Source: Raillietiella orientalis (taxonomy: Eukaryota). From it: DNA of 64,000 nt. Made by a program: the position numbers and the translations under genes. The notes beneath the pieces were generated by a model. The model did no database searches and was not told the origin of the DNA. It was given only the letters and a program-made list of their open reading frames with translations. The stretch's first letter is position 1. Each line of letters starts with the position of its first letter. This document shows, piece by piece, positions 24,001-39,000 of this stretch. The stretch spans positions 1,302,001-1,366,000 of the forward strand of contig JAYWIR010000013.1 in NCBI GenBank assembly GCA_036172245.1, in the 5' to 3' direction.

Positions 24001-27000
24001 ATGCAGTGTTTCTGGTGAGTCTACCCTTGTAAGTGTGTGTGTATTCATATATATTTGCATCTCCAAACAATGTTCACATAATCCTTTTTTTGTTTTTAAA
24101 TCTAGTTTTAAGTGATTGTTAGTATTTGATTGTTAGTAAGTGTAGAAGCGAATCCTATTTTGAAGCTTACATTTTAGGAAACCTTCAAAACGTCTTTACG
24201 AAAAGGAAAAGTTGCTCCTCCCGAGACAAGAAGTTCGAGTGCACCCATTAATTCCACACAAGGTTTGTGAGAATATGTATTTTGTGTGAGCCAAGTTATT
24301 TTTGTGTTATGGATGGACAATTTCTGCTGTAATGATGGTTAATAATGACCAGCACCAAATTGTTTTGATTAGTAAATGTCCTCATTATGAATTACTCGTA
24401 ATTCCCTAATGGTAAAGCACTGTGCCTATTTATTGTGAGTGGAAATCACAGGTTATGTGGCAAGTCAATCAGGAATTTATGATTTGGCATAAGCAAAAGT
24501 TCTGTTAATTTTGCAAACAATATTTTAGAGTGCAGATGCAAATATTTTTCCAGGCATTGTTCTCAGCCACTATGGAATGTGTGTTACAAAATTTTACATT
24601 CTCTCTCCTTTCTAAAGGAATTTGTATTAGACATATGCGAATTATGCATGTTATTTTCTGCTCAAAGGCTGGGTGCATAACTAACAGCATGTGACTTGAA
24701 CTCATAAATTCCTAAGCTTTTGTAAAAACTTTCTCATGCAGTTATTTCTTTTTGTTAACATGTATATGGGATTAATAAATAAATATAGTTCAGAATCAAT
24801 CATGCTTAAATGAAAGAACTGTTAACATTTATCTCAGCATGTCCGTCTTTAAATGAAACACATTTTGAAGTTCAACATAATTAAGATGTAATTTTGATTG
24901 CTGTCTCACATCTAAAAATATTCAAAAGTTCATTATTAATAATAATTTAAAGCTCCATTCATAGGATAAGGATTCTAATGTACAATAAATGTTATTTTAT
25001 ATTTTCATACTATTGAGGAATATAGAAATGAATGTTTTCCTATGTAAGAATGAAAGTTGGCACTTCTAATCAATACTTTGCATATATAAAGTCTTTTGTT
25101 CAAGCATCAGGAGCATGGAGAATTTTGTTGCTTACTCCTGAATCACTTTTGGTATTTAACATTCAATTTGGATGTAAGGTTTTCTTATTGGAAGATTCTC
25201 TTGTTGAAACATTTTAGTATCTATCCTGTAGCAGTTAAAAAAAATTTTTTCTCTCCAGAATACTTATACTAATTCAGATTCATGCCCGAAGGAAGTTGTG
25301 TTTTGTCTAGATGGAAGAGATCCTTTGACCCAGTTTCAATACCAGCAGGTGAGGAATTCGTAAGTAAATTAATTTTTAAGATAGTATGATTTTTTACCTG
25401 TTGAATAATTTTTCTCAATAAATAATAATTGCATGGCAATCTTGATTCTGCATAACACCAACTCCACAACATGTGTCAAGAGTCATTTGGTGAACTGTAC
25501 TATCTTTACCATGTGGCCCCATGACTTATATATATATACATAGCCAGTCTAAATCCCTAATCACCATCAATCATTGTGCAAACTCACATAAGTACTCCCA
25601 GGTATACAGAATGTAGTACCTATTGTTATCAACATAATATCTAATGTGCTTCATTTTGCCATTTGCTAGGCATGTGTTTGCACTTTGCATTCAGCAACCA
25701 TTCATCAGCATCCTTTAATATGATTCAAGCAATAGTTGAAGACAATGTGTTTTGCTGTAATAGACAAAGAAACTGGAAAACAAGGAACACAGAGTCAACA
25801 AAGCTATTTTGAATTGCTATCCCAAAAACTATACCTCAGCTGGAACAATCACTGCATTATAAAACATGCCTTGAAGAAGCCACAGGATCAGCAAGACAGA
25901 ACATACAGTATTGCATGAGAAAACCTATGGAACACTGACAGACATAAACCAAGAATGTAAAGAAACTGAGATACTTTGGCTTATAGAAAACTGGAAAGAA
26001 GGACTAAATATCTTCAAACATAACCAACATTTTATGTGTGCAGGATTATCTATGCAAAAAATGCATCACACTAACCAGAAAATCCAATCTCCTTAACCCA
26101 ATGGCCAACAAATTTGCTGCAAGAGTTGCTCCAAATACTCAGACATGAATCAAACAAAGCAGAAAAATATAATGGTTCATGGACTTTGAAGGTGCAACAA
26201 GGAAACTAATCTATATAAGATATTTATACATCAAACAAAAGCCAGCCATCCAACATCCTGCAAATAGTCCAATGCAGCAGATTTGTACGAAAATCAGATC
26301 ATAGCAATCAACTTCACAAGATACAAGAAACCTGCATTTGGTCCTTTTCATTGGGCACTTTAACAATGGAATTGCGTATGATTCAAACATATCCCAGATT
26401 AGTCAAAATCATGTTATGCAATAGTCATGGCTGATTGGGAATGTGCTTATTCAGAACTCTCAATAGGCAGATAGGAGAGACATCCACAACCATGTTTGCT
26501 GTACTGTATTCTAACAATAAAATAACGAATTGCACCAATTAGTTATTCTTTTATGGTAGCAAGTAGGGTTAGTGGTTTTAATTGCTCTTATAGACTTTAA
26601 TATTTAAAGAAAGGTGATAGGCATAATATGAATAAATCAGTGAAGTTTACTTGATGATGTCGCATTTTCCATGATTATATGAATATTTAATAAGCAGATG
26701 CTTAGATGCAATTGATGTTCTTGAAATGAACATTTCTGATTTTTACTTTCATTTGAAGCAGATAGTCAAAATTTCATACTTTGATTATGTTATGAGATTC
26801 TTGGTTCTGTCATTTTACAGTAAAATTATTTTTCCATTCTAAATAAATACTTTTGGAGCTTTTAGTTTATGATTTTTAATGGAATAACTTATATTCTAGG
26901 AAGACATTCAGCACATTAGTTACAACTTGGATATCATCAGGAAGGAATGGAGTCAAAAGAAGAATGTAATGATGAATCACTTGGAAGGTAAAATCTCACT

Positions 27001-30000
27001 TGATGCATACAACTATTTGTAATAAACATAAAAATAACTGCAAACTTGTCATTAATAGTGTTTAAATTAATTTAATGATGCACTTATGATAATTCTCTTC
27101 AAGCATTTCAATTCTCAAAGTCTTGAATTCTTATTTTCATTTATTTTTACCTAAGTTTTACCTAAACACAAACATGTAGTCAAAAGTCTCCAGGAATCAA
27201 TATTTGACTTTATATTTACCCCAAATTTAATAATTTTCCAAAATTGTTTGTAATATGCATGCGTCCACATGTATGTGTAATTTCAATATCAAAACTGAGC
27301 ATTGTCTGTGTAGTATCCACAGAAAATGCTCAGTTTTGAAATATTTTACTTTCATGTTACAGGCGTATTGAATGGCAAGGGATTTTTGTTTTGTTTTGTT
27401 TTTTATTTTCTACCATGATTCGGCAACCAGCTGTAATTGAGTGATTGCATTTGTTTTTGTTTTTTCTCACAAACTTGAAAAAAGATAGGATTGGTTATCA
27501 AGTATTGTCTTTATTGTGAAATTACTGCACTAAGTAGCACATGTTAGTAAGCAATTATGCATGTTAAATTGCACATGCAGCTTGATGTTTTATCTATTCT
27601 CTCAGACTTGTGCTATTTTAATTTCATAAGAAATTTATGTTTTATGTTATAAATTTAGCTTTGTACTTTAAGATAATAATAGTGTAAAATGTAGGCAATT
27701 GCTCAAATGTAATGCCTCTTTTCCCGTTTTTTTTTGTTTTATAATGGATCACGTTTTTCTTTAATTTAACTATGAAACACAACAAATCTCATACAAAAAA
27801 ATAACTTAGCTCCATCATATTAATGTACCTTTGAGGTTTGCACATTAGAGGATTTTACCAGCCAAGTTTTGCCCTGTATATTTTTTATTATTTGTTTTTT
27901 GTTCGTATCAAATTCTCAAACACATATTATGTGTATTTTGCATTTTACAGGGACATATTTTGTTAGGTCATGATTTATGACATTGTTACATATTCTGAAG
28001 AATGCGATCTTTATTGATACCGTTTCGTATACTGCATTGGAGCTGAATTCCTTGTATTTTTGGCTTCAGCATTTAATGAACATGAAACAAGAATGAAGTT
28101 TGAATAATTCTTCAGAAACTTTTGTTCTCGAGGCTGAGGTTAAGAGTATCACAAGTGTTCAGTCACTTTATTTTGAACATGTTCTGGTTTCTCAGTTTCT
28201 CTTTTTTGAAATCTTGAATCCATACTTAAAACGAAAAGATTTTTGACTTTATTTTTATAATTTGGAATTTTTATTGAGCAGTTTTTTTGTGTGTGTCAAG
28301 TTACATTAAATGTCTTTCACAGTTATTACTAATTGTTTTTACATTACTTGTTTGAGTTATGTTTTGATTTTTTGGATGTTACTCTGTGTGTGGTTTTTTT
28401 TTTCGGATCCTTTTCCCTTTTCTGCCCCTTTTTTCCATATTAACTCCATTCAAAAATAGTTCAAGTGCAATCTGTTTACATATTAAGTCTTAATCATCAG
28501 ACCTTGGGCAGGCTTTGTTGTATTTTGCCTCTTCAAGAGAATGGAAGTTTGCTACAATTTTAAAGTGTAATTATGTAATTTTAGCAAATATGATGGTGCC
28601 TTTGGAATTTAATTTCTTAGAAGAAGAGTGTGATGAATTATTTAAAGGATGTGTAGCTGGTGCATATCTGACTCAAGAGGAGTATATCAGATTGTTCAAG
28701 AAGGTTTCCTTAGAATTAGAAAGAATATGGAACTTAAATCAAAGAGTGCGTGCTTTAAAAGTGGTGCTACAAGTATGTGCAAAGATTTCTTTTTTAATAC
28801 GTCTTAGCATGTATTATGTTTAGAGTCTTCTACATCTTAATTATATTTATTACTTGTTTTTAGTGTTCGAAATTATTGGCAGTTGTTACAGCAGTTGACA
28901 TTTATCCGTTGAAATTTGCACTTATTACCGAGATATTGGATTTATTTGGTGAGCTGGTTTATCAGCGCTTATCCAACAAAATCAAGTAAGTTTTTGTTTT
29001 TGGGAATTGATTCCAAAATTTCTATCCTAAATACTCATCATAGTTAAACCCCAATTCTCAAATCCTTTGGGATTTTGTTCTTTTATTTTGAGGTTATGCT
29101 CTTTCACAGCACTCTTTTATTAACACTTTGTTATGGCGTAATTCACTAGTTTGTTATTTTGAAGTTTATCCTGTTATCATCACAAACAAACTGAACCAAC
29201 TGAAGGATTTGTAAACCTAGGTTTTATCTAAAGCTTTTGAAATTTGCATACTCCGTTCCTTAGTGTGTTTCCTAATCTTCACATACCTTGAGGACTAATG
29301 GTTAACGAATGTTGATGAACATACATCTCTTGATATTAAGGAGCAATGGTGGTGGCATATTTCCAATATTTGTGCAGAATTTCAGCATCTTGTGGTTTTT
29401 AGGTTTTGTATTTGTTCATGAAATTTTCTGAACTTTTCACAGTGGTTTTCATCCTGCAAAGTGTTGTAGCTATGTATTGTATTGAAGATTTAAGGCTTAA
29501 ATATTTCCTTTTGAGACATTCAGTTTTTAACCCTTTTGTCAGAAGCAGAACAGATATTGGTATTTTTCTGTAGTTCCATCTTCGATAATCTGTTTAGATC
29601 AAATCTCTTGCATTTAAGTTTATGAATGTTCCTTAGTTTATTTAAGGTTCCTTTTGATTTTATTAATTAACTATTGGTTCTCTGAAAGAATTGTCTTCTG
29701 ATTTTGACCTTGGCTGTTGGTTGGGAATTTGTTCAGTCTGTCTTGTGCCTTATTTTTGCAATTTTATCACATCTTATGTATGGTCTATCTTTTTTTTTTA
29801 TTGCTATCATGTAACTATCCTTGTTTGCATCATTCACCACTTCATGGGTCACAGCGATTTTCAGCTATATATCTTTGATTTGCTACACCACATTGTACAG
29901 TAGTGTGTTCTTTAAAAGCACCAACTTATTTCAGTAGCAATTTGCATATTTTTGAATCTATATTTTCCTATATCATTCTGTTTTGCACTACATATCTGCA

Positions 30001-33000
30001 GGCGACAGTTGGGCATGTAACAGTCAGAACAGTAAATGGGAAGAACAAACTTGTTGAACACTTGTAGAAATTCTAGTTAATCTCAGTAGTTCTTGAATGG
30101 AGGTGGCACTAGCATGATTGGAATCCGAAAGCAAGGTTGTTGCTTGGCAACAACCTTGCTTTCAGATTTTTCTAAAGTGAGATGTGGTTTAAGTCATAGG
30201 TCCTGTTTATGTTATAGATACTTTTCCGTCATTTACAATCATACATAATGTATGATAGTATTTTTTGGTGAATACAATGATGCATTGGATCAAAGAAATG
30301 AATAATGATCAAAGAAATGCAGGTGGTGAAAATACATACAATATGTATGATTACTTTATTGAGATTTATCTGTTCTATATTCTATAAAATATTAGGCTTA
30401 AACTTGGGTTAAAGTACAGTATATGTAATAGAATAATCGCAAGAGAAATCTTGCAATTGTGGACACTGGGAATAAATAGATGTCTCATAAAACAAAACTC
30501 GAAATTATGTAAACCAATTGCAAATAGTCAAATGATTAACCCACTTTAAGTCAAGATAGTGGGAAACCTACATTGTTGTAAAATTACAAAAGGAAAAATT
30601 AAATAATAAACGCAAAGAAGAATCAGTTGATAGGATTGATTGAATGTAAGTTTGCTTAATGCAGAGGGAAAGTTGAGTTTGATGGCACATCCCATTGGAA
30701 CCTTGCCTTTGTGTCATTGCATTTTCTTGCAGATAATACAAAATTTTCATGTGTTCTTTGGTTATTTATGTATCGAAAGGTTTTATTCTTTTGTCATATT
30801 CTTTTCTTGTGTGTTTGTGTGTTTTTCATTACTATGATCAAAAGCATGTTAGCAAACAGCTTGAAAGGTTCATATTTGTTAGGGAAAAAAAATTTCATTC
30901 TTCGAATTCTAAATTATGTAGTTGTGTGCACCACACTGCTCTATGAAAGTTGCATTCTTTACATATTCCAGATGTGCGTACATGTACAAGCAGTTTCTAA
31001 TATTGCTTCCAACTCTCTCACATCATTATTTTTCCAACTCTTTCTTTATGATAGGAGAATTTGTGGTTGGCTTCAAATGTTTTATAAGCAGATCGTGATC
31101 TCTTCACAAAAATGGTATACTTGGGTAGCAGTAAAGTAAAATGCACATAGGAATATAACATTTGCATGGGTACATATGCATGTCTGTGTGTGTAATACAA
31201 ATAATGTTCTGGTCTTATATGTGAATGTTAAATTCATGGATGCATTGCTTAACAGTCCTCTCACTCATTATATACTTCCAGTAATTAAATTTACAAATGC
31301 TTTCTAGTTAGTGCTTTTGGTTTCCTTTTGTTAGCATGTTGGGTTGTTTTTAGCTCCCTTCAGTTCAAAGAAAGTGATCAAGAAGAAGCAGAAGAAATGT
31401 GTAAAAACTGGTTTTACAAAATTTCTTCAATACATGATCTTGTCCCGAGGATTTACCTTTCTGCAGCCATTCTAAAATCATACAATTTTACAAATAATTG
31501 GTCAGTAAACTTTTATTCAGAATTTAAGTGTTGAAAATTTCCATGTCATTCATTGGCATTATCATCATCATTATTATTTTGATTCTGATATTTCATGTCA
31601 TAGAATTGTTTACAAGTTTTAGTTATCTAGAGTAGTTGTTGTCATGTGGTAATTTCTATTTTAAAAATTGGAAGGTCATCCCTTCAGGAATAAAATTTGT
31701 TTTAGTTAATTTAGTATTCTGAAGCAGCATTGCAAAAGGTTTATATTTTTCTAATGAAAATACAGATTCATAGCACTATGTCGCAATATCTTATAATATG
31801 TCATATAGTTTTGCATTCATTTAAATAAGCAATCCAGATCATTGATTGACATCCTGTTTGTCATTTATTGAAGAGTATAATCTGAATGGAAAGGAAGGTT
31901 TAAAATTTCTTTAAAAAGTTATTAATGATAGTGTAGCTTTAGTTTTTTTTTTTTATTATTAAATTTGTAATTTATACTGATTATTTTACGTATTAATTGT
32001 CAATAATTGTGTTTTTAGTCTTGGTGCTAATGTACTTGAAGAACTTATCTGTAGTGTTCGAGGTATTGGTGATATCATGGTATCATGTTATGCAAGGTGT
32101 TACTTAAGTATAGTTGCTTGCAATTTTAGTATTTGTAAAAATCTGTTAGAAAAAAATGTGGAGGATTTTTTAATTACATATAAGGTGAGCATATATTAGT
32201 TTTAATATTGATTACAATGCGGATGTTTGTCTTCTTAATGAAAAATTTGTATTTCATATATAATATGGTGGTGTGATTCTGTTTGTTGTGATTCTGTAGT
32301 ATTTTACAAACTTATTCTGTCATCTATGATCATCTAGAATTATTTTCCAAGGGTTATAATCACCAAATTTTCCAAGAAAACAATTACCTAATGATGCCTA
32401 ATATATATATGCATGTCAATTTTTAATTTTCTTTAAAGATTTGATGTTTGTTGAATAATAGTTACTGCTTGAATTGCTTGATGCCTAGTTGCCTTCCAAG
32501 TGTTAAATGCCCTATCTCAATTATTTACCAGCTGTCCTTGTAAAGTGCTCATGAAATAATTCAAGTCAGAAAGGGAAACCGTGTTTAAGTTAATCTTTTC
32601 ATTTTTCATATTTAGATGTATGCTGCAAATATTGTTAGCCAAGGAAAGTGTCTTGAGATGTATAGAGATAATTTTCTTCTTGCTGTTGATTGGTTGATCT
32701 TCTGTTTAATGAAGCATACATCTGGCTCAATATTTGGCAGTTATCTCAATATTTGGAAAGCCAAATGTAAAAGGTATTATAATCGTCAGATTTTATAAAT
32801 AGCGTTAATTTAGAATATTTTGGAAAATCTAAAGTTTTTTTGAAACTATGAAAGTTTATAAGTTTGTTATGAATTTATTTTACGATATTTCATCAGAATC
32901 AACAGTTATTTAGGCAATATGTAACTACAATTTTTTTGAAAAAATCAAAATGCAATTTTCTGTACTTGTAGTTGATTTCTTAAAACACGATCAACCGTGT

Positions 33001-36000
33001 TATTGCATTTGCCCTCATTCCTATTTGGAATATATTAATAGCGTCTGCAACCATTCTCTTATATAGATCGCAAATGGATGTACTTTGTATGGGAGTTTAC
33101 CTTTTGCTTTCCTGTATCTGAGTACCAATATTGACTGTTCCTATTGCTTCCTCTTAATTGCTTAAAATAGTAAAGTTTCATGCTTTACTTAGGATATAAT
33201 AACTACATGTCACGTGTTTAGTATGCATATGTTTCACTTCATAATTTGACTTATGAAATGGATTATTTAAATGAGGAGATGCTGCAATTATAATTAATTT
33301 CAGTCTGATGTTTAAAAGGAAAATTGGCATATAAGCTCAAGTGTAGTAATGAACATTACTTGAGTTTGTTGGATAATAAACCTGGATTGAGTTATTCATC
33401 AATTTTAAGATTAATGTACTAGTATATAGAAAGGCATTGTTATTGAAATAACTGCACTAATAAATCTATCTGCTTGCCTTTTTCATAAATCATGTGATGT
33501 TTGCCTATTTTGAAAGTGAAGATTCGGTTTGATTCTTAGCATATGTTTCTTTCATAAATGAGTTCATAAAATTTTTCAAAGTATTCGTAGCTTAATTGAG
33601 TGTAGAAATGTAAGAATGACAAATTAACTGTGACCAAAAAGTCATTGTAAAGTAACTGATTTTTTGAAAAAATCTCGTCGGTTAAAGTATCAAATACCGA
33701 CTGTTTGCTGCTAAAGTTAATATTTATGTGTGAGTTTAGAGATAAGTGATCACATAAAGTCAATTTCCAGGTTTGGAAGCATAGTAGTGGGATCCATTTT
33801 TTCATAAACTTTTTTTAACACCAGAATATGATTGGAAATACTTTGATTAGTCGCTTTAGACAGTTTCTTCTGAAAGTAGCAATTTTTTGAAGTATTGCTT
33901 ACATTGATTTGTAGTTTCCGATGCTTGATAAACCTTTAAGCTTTAGTAGCAATTTTTTTTAAGTACATTTTTTTTTCTTCCAGCATTAGTGTGCTGCAAC
34001 TTTTAGTTCTGCATTCCAGCAACAATCATATTGTTAATAATATTGAATCTATGCTAGATGCAATTAGAGATTCCGATATTGCCGGTAAGATCTTGTTGAC
34101 CTTTATGTTGGCAAGCCATGTCAACTCTCTTTAAATTATAATGAGTAGATATTATAATGTCTCAAGTTCAGAATTTACAAGTGTTGTATCCTTTGGAAGT
34201 AGTAAAGTTTTATGTACATGCTATTTATCAGATACTCCATCACACAAGTTTTGGGAAATTCTTGGTCTGAAAATCCTGAATGCAGATCTTAAAGTTCATG
34301 AAAAACAAAGTTTGTTCAATAGAGTCACTGCACAAATACGGCAGTTAAAGAAACCCGAAAAAATTGTGGCCAGTTTGGAAAAATGGATTTTGTTTATGTC
34401 TCACGACTTGACAGTAAGTTTAAATACTAGAATAAATATGAAAAATCGGCACTACATATCATGTTATCCAATGCAGATTTTGCATTGTATATTGGTTTTT
34501 CATTGCATGCTTATTAATTGGAAAAGAACATTTGTTTGATTTAAGAAACTGTGAATGTATTCTGAATGAATGAATGTGAATGAATAATGAAAGTAAATGT
34601 GAATGAATTTTGTTGTGACTATATTCTTAAGTCATCTTGATATAACTTTGCTTTGGGAACTTTTAAGCATCTTTTTTAAAAACCATAATTTTATTTATGT
34701 GTTGGAATTTTAAAAAATTACCTACATTTTGAAGTCGATATTTCTTAATTCACATTTGGTATTTAGGAGATCAAATGTGTATTAAGTATGTTTTGCCCAT
34801 CATATTGGACAAATGATTCTTTGGCTATGCACACTTGAAAGATGGAAAAGACTTTCATAAGTAGATTCATTAGAAGTCAATTAGTGGAGTCAAAGATCTC
34901 TATGGGGAAAATAGAATGATGGATGTTTTAGTATTGCATTTGCTGATATCCGAATCTTTTGTCATTGTTTGCAACTCAGTTAGATTTGTACTATTGAGAA
35001 CTTGAATTCATAATGATACCAGATAAATTCCTAGCAACATAAACAGGAGAAATAATCGGGTATGCATTGTCCATATTCATGAAGAATACAAGGTTTTAAA
35101 TCGATGTTTGCAGAATTAAAAATGTAATTCATGCAAAAAAGTTGCATTATTTAAAAATACAAATAATCAAGAATATATGAACTATTCTTGAAGACTGCTA
35201 CGAAAAGAATGTACTGAAAAGGAATTATCCCATGACTCTTAGAAGCACCTCCTTATTTCAGATTAATTGCTTAATATTATTAGTGACATTTTATCCAATA
35301 TAAAACTTTGCAATTTGCTATATCTGTTCTGAAATTGTTTGAAGTTCCTATTTTATACAGAATTGAATTATTAGAACAATTTTAGATTAGACTGCTGATA
35401 GTCATATTGCATGTATTTGTTTTTTTGACCCTTTTTTTTTTTCCAAGATGAGCATTCCGAAGTAATTGGAACCAGTGTGAAAATTTCGTTCTGTTATGCA
35501 TTTGCATTATTTACGTTTACATCTATTAAAAATTTTATATTACTATCAAATTTTCGAAGAACTCGTTGCTTCAAATTTATGCCCAGTGCATAAATTGCAC
35601 CCTTCACCATACATATGCACGATATTTGAATGGTCTCGTGTGTGGCCAATTTATGTGTATTTCGGGTGTGTGGTTGTTTTTCTGGCATAATGATAATGAG
35701 GATGTGGTGATATTGAAATAGTTGATGGAATCAGACTCTTTGATTGCTTCCTTGATTATTGTTTAGTTTTGTAAAATTCTTTGTGAATGAAGAATAAACA
35801 GCTCCTGAAAATCAACAGCTTTTTCTTTTATTCTCATCAGTGTTAAGTTCATAATCTGCACCTACTATTTTTGGTGGTGAGAAGCTCGTGATAATTTTTT
35901 TCAGTCCAACAGTACCTTAATTAATTTGGCACCCGTGTGGGCTTTCTCATATACCATGGTAATCAGACCTTTCAACCAGAAAGAGCAATCGACCCTTCTA

Positions 36001-39000
36001 TAATCCGTTTTTCTTCGTCAGTAATTTTTAATACACAATTTTGAATTTTCTTAATGTCATTCATCACATTGGTTTTCATTTGTTCATTAACATTTATATA
36101 GCAGGTATATACAAAGCATCAATTACAAATGATGTGTTTTTAAGTACATGGAGTCATCAAGAATGCTTACCAGTATCTTTGAAGAGGTTGGAAAAATTTC
36201 CAGAATTACCCAAGATATTTGTAACTGCGTGTGCAACATAATTCACTGTATGTTTTCCAATTGTAAAGATTTGGAAATTTTCCTTTTGTCAGTAAGTCTA
36301 TCGAATTTTGCATACTTATATTCAATTACGTGTCAATGATGTGTTCATAAAGATGTACTGGATTATTTTATTAATATATGTATGTTGTGGTTGTACATTC
36401 TTAAAAATATAGAACATGTACTTATGGATACTGTATAATTGTATAATTCAATATAATGTGATTATTTAATACATCTGTTTGCCTTCGTCTATGTACACCC
36501 ATATCTTATTAAGGACGGATAGCAAGATATACAATAATGCAGTTCTAGGATAAATCTTGACATTTTCCCTCCATTTGTCGCAATGTTGCTAAATTTTCTT
36601 GTTGATAGTAAGAATGTGGAGAAATTTCATGTTCTCATTGAACACATCTTAGACTTAGATGTGATCAACGATCTCATCTTTTTTTCAGATAACAACTGAA
36701 ACTAGTTGAGAGTTTTTGCACGACACTGTTGCTTCTTCCATAATTCTTTTAGCGTGACATCTTTAGGTTTTGCCAGTTACTAACTGATAGGATACTGTAT
36801 GGTTATGAGAAATTGGTTTCCTTATAAGCATGTGGTCTTTGTTGCCAAGTCTGCAAGTTTTGTTCATTTGTTGATTTTTGGTTTTCATTATTAAGGTTTA
36901 CTAGTCAATTATTGAACGATATAACCTAGAGTGGTGGATTCATCATCTTCAGAATACTTATTCAGCTGAAGCAGTGATTAGGATTATGAGGATCGTGTGC
37001 TCAGAGGTGTGGAAACTTTGAGCAAACATTCCGCAATACCGTAATTGTTCATTGAAGTTTTGGAGCAAGTGAGAAGAGAGATTCGAGGAATTGGCTGTGA
37101 TTTTTAGGAGTCCATTCCTTTTGCAACAGTGTCTGCATGTTCTCTTTGCATAATATTCTTCATCCCTGGTAGCATTTTAGATATGATTGTTATTATGCAT
37201 TACTGATGAATGCCACATCGAAACAAGATTTGCCTATTAACAGCAGAGTCAAGTATGAATAATCTGTGGAAGCTCAAACATCTGGTGGGAATTACCTTGA
37301 TCCTTCTAGTGACCAGTTGTGACTGTCTTTCAGTGTGTGTACTCATTTTGGATATAAGGTTTTCTATTTATCTATTGCCTCCAAGGTCAGGTAGAAATTA
37401 GTAGTTCATGGGGCAAGGCTGTTTAATACGAAACTTGGTGAGACTGTTAGATTGTCAATACAATCAGCATTAGTAGTAAACCATACTGAGGATAGTGCCC
37501 TTCCTCTGTTTCCCTCCCCCTCTTCCCTAAATTTTTTATTTAACCCGGTTTTCAGACTAGACAGCTGGGATTTCATGAGAAACAGACCGAATTTTCTAGT
37601 TGTAAATCGTTGTGTCGTGTTGGAGCTGAATTTGCTTTGATTGGTGGGATCGATGTAGACTCACTAAAGAAGAATATCCACATCTTATGATATTTGTATC
37701 TACAAATCTTTACGATCGTTATGATTTCATGAGATTTCATATTTCCAGCTGATTGATTGTTAGTTTTCATATAGGAGATGTTTTTCTTCAAGCTATTACT
37801 TAGGAAATTGTTTCTGCAAGCTTGAGTAACATTAATTTGTAAAACTTTTCCTCTATGAAAATAGGTGGGTAGATATCGACACAGGTAGATGGAGGGAATT
37901 ATGTGCATGTGCCTTTATGTATCAAAGCTATTTACTTATATGTTTTTCAGTTCTTATAAATAATTTCATTGATGATTAAGGAATGATGTAATATCATTGA
38001 TGTATAGGAAAATGTAAGCAAACTTCTGCATTTTATACATGAAGAAACTATTAAAGTAGACATTTGCAAATGTTTGATCGGCTCCGTGGTGCAAAGAGCT
38101 GACGTTCCAACTCTAAGCAATGCATCATTGATTGATTCACTCTTTTTTTACTGCAAAATGTTAAGCAATTATATGCGGTAAGATCAGGGTCATGATCATT
38201 TTGAATTTCTTCTCTAGCTTTAGCTCTGCACGCAGCAGCAATGAAAAGGAATACATCAATCAGTCACTTTGTGCATTTATTAGAAAAGTTGATTATGTTG
38301 ATCACCATGATGTGCAGTTACAATTTTTTATTAATTGCCGTACATTTCTCTCCTGTTCAGATCCTGTACTCATGTGTTTGATACAAGTAAGTTTTTATGC
38401 ATGAATGCTATTTAAGCAGGTTCGGTTTACTGCAGTCTGTTTGGTACTTCAGAAATTTTTAATTTCTTCAGTATTTTAACCCGAACTGATGCATCTATTT
38501 TTATAACGATATGTATTTTATTTATATTTCTTGTTCATAGTGCAAATATATAAACTCATATTTTTCCATTGTGTTTTGAAGGATCAGTTTTGAGAACGTA
38601 TGTTACTACACTTTGATGATAAATGTATGATAAATCAGGAATAATTCCCAATATATATTTATATTTTAGTTTAGTTTCCACGTAATTGTCTTTTCTCCTA
38701 TTATTACTACTTACTACTACTGTTAAGCAGTAATAATGGTAGTAATAGAGAGTGCTTTTATGTCAGTTGTATGTTAGCGTTTTGTGGTTTTCTCCATTTG
38801 ATGTTTTTAAGTATTAAGTGCAATTCAGATGACTTCCAGTACGCACTCACACAACGTTATGTATGCCCACAGTGTAGTACTATATTTGAACTGAAATGAG
38901 CTTTTTGATGAAGTACGTGACTGTGTTTAATGCACATGAGTAATGTAAGAAAAATAAGAGATTAAATGAAAAGGAATTCCAAAGTGGGATGCATAGTTCC

